A stretch of DNA of 62,979 nt, the filler included, from Lenisia limosa (taxonomy: Eukaryota > Protista > Breviatea): assembly GCA_001655205.1 (NCBI GenBank). It is 8 parts of 8 records of this genome, joined end to end, with 100 filler letters (N's around TTAATTAATTAA, not from the genome) between each part and the next. Parts side by side here need not be neighbours in the genome. Positions count along the whole stretch, not along the records: positions 55,697 to 62,979 come from LPNZ01006988.1; 7 more parts are not named here. One strand, written 5' to 3'. Positions 62,884 to 62,979 of this stretch are shown here, one piece after another. A program made the translations under genes and the position numbers. The notes under the pieces were generated by a model. That model did not search any database. It had not been told where the DNA came from and worked only from the letters and a program-made list of their open reading frames with translations. The number at the start of each line of letters is the position of its first letter. The first letter of the stretch is position 1.

Positions 62884-62979
62884 CTGGGGAGGGGAGTAGA
62901 TTTAGAAAAGTTATGAAACAAAAAAAAAAGCCCAAAATCAACACTACTATATCTCACGATGCTATCATCAGCGTACACC

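Overview
This is eukaryotic nuclear DNA from an intron-dense, probably flagellated protist; no prokaryotic, rRNA, tRNA or CRISPR features are supportable. The window is not contiguous. Seven artificial 100-nt spacers (N44-TTAATTAATTAA-N44) join eight separate scaffolds, and many other N gaps sit beside G or C homopolymers. Host genes, all partial and multi-exon: DRG2-type GTPase, thymidylate kinase, a long axonemal (inner-arm-like) dynein heavy chain, an RCC1-repeat protein, a BRCT-domain protein, and two Cys-rich single-pass membrane proteins. Transposons: a TIR-bounded hAT element with a spliced transposase, an open multi-exon P-element/THAP9-like transposase with 25-38 nt introns, a pogo relic, and at least six MITE families (about 20 copies of one hAT MITE, three with exact 8-bp TSDs). 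The best candidate for an undescribed system is a set of non-TIR intronic repeat families, about 30 copies across six scaffolds. Wherever the host strand is known they are in sense orientation, and two related subfamilies usually end at the 3' splice site (TTTTAC-polyC-AG). They look like introner-like or acceptor-donating mobile elements, in introns that show 5' G-run / 3' C-run polarity. All translations and alignments were done by eye.
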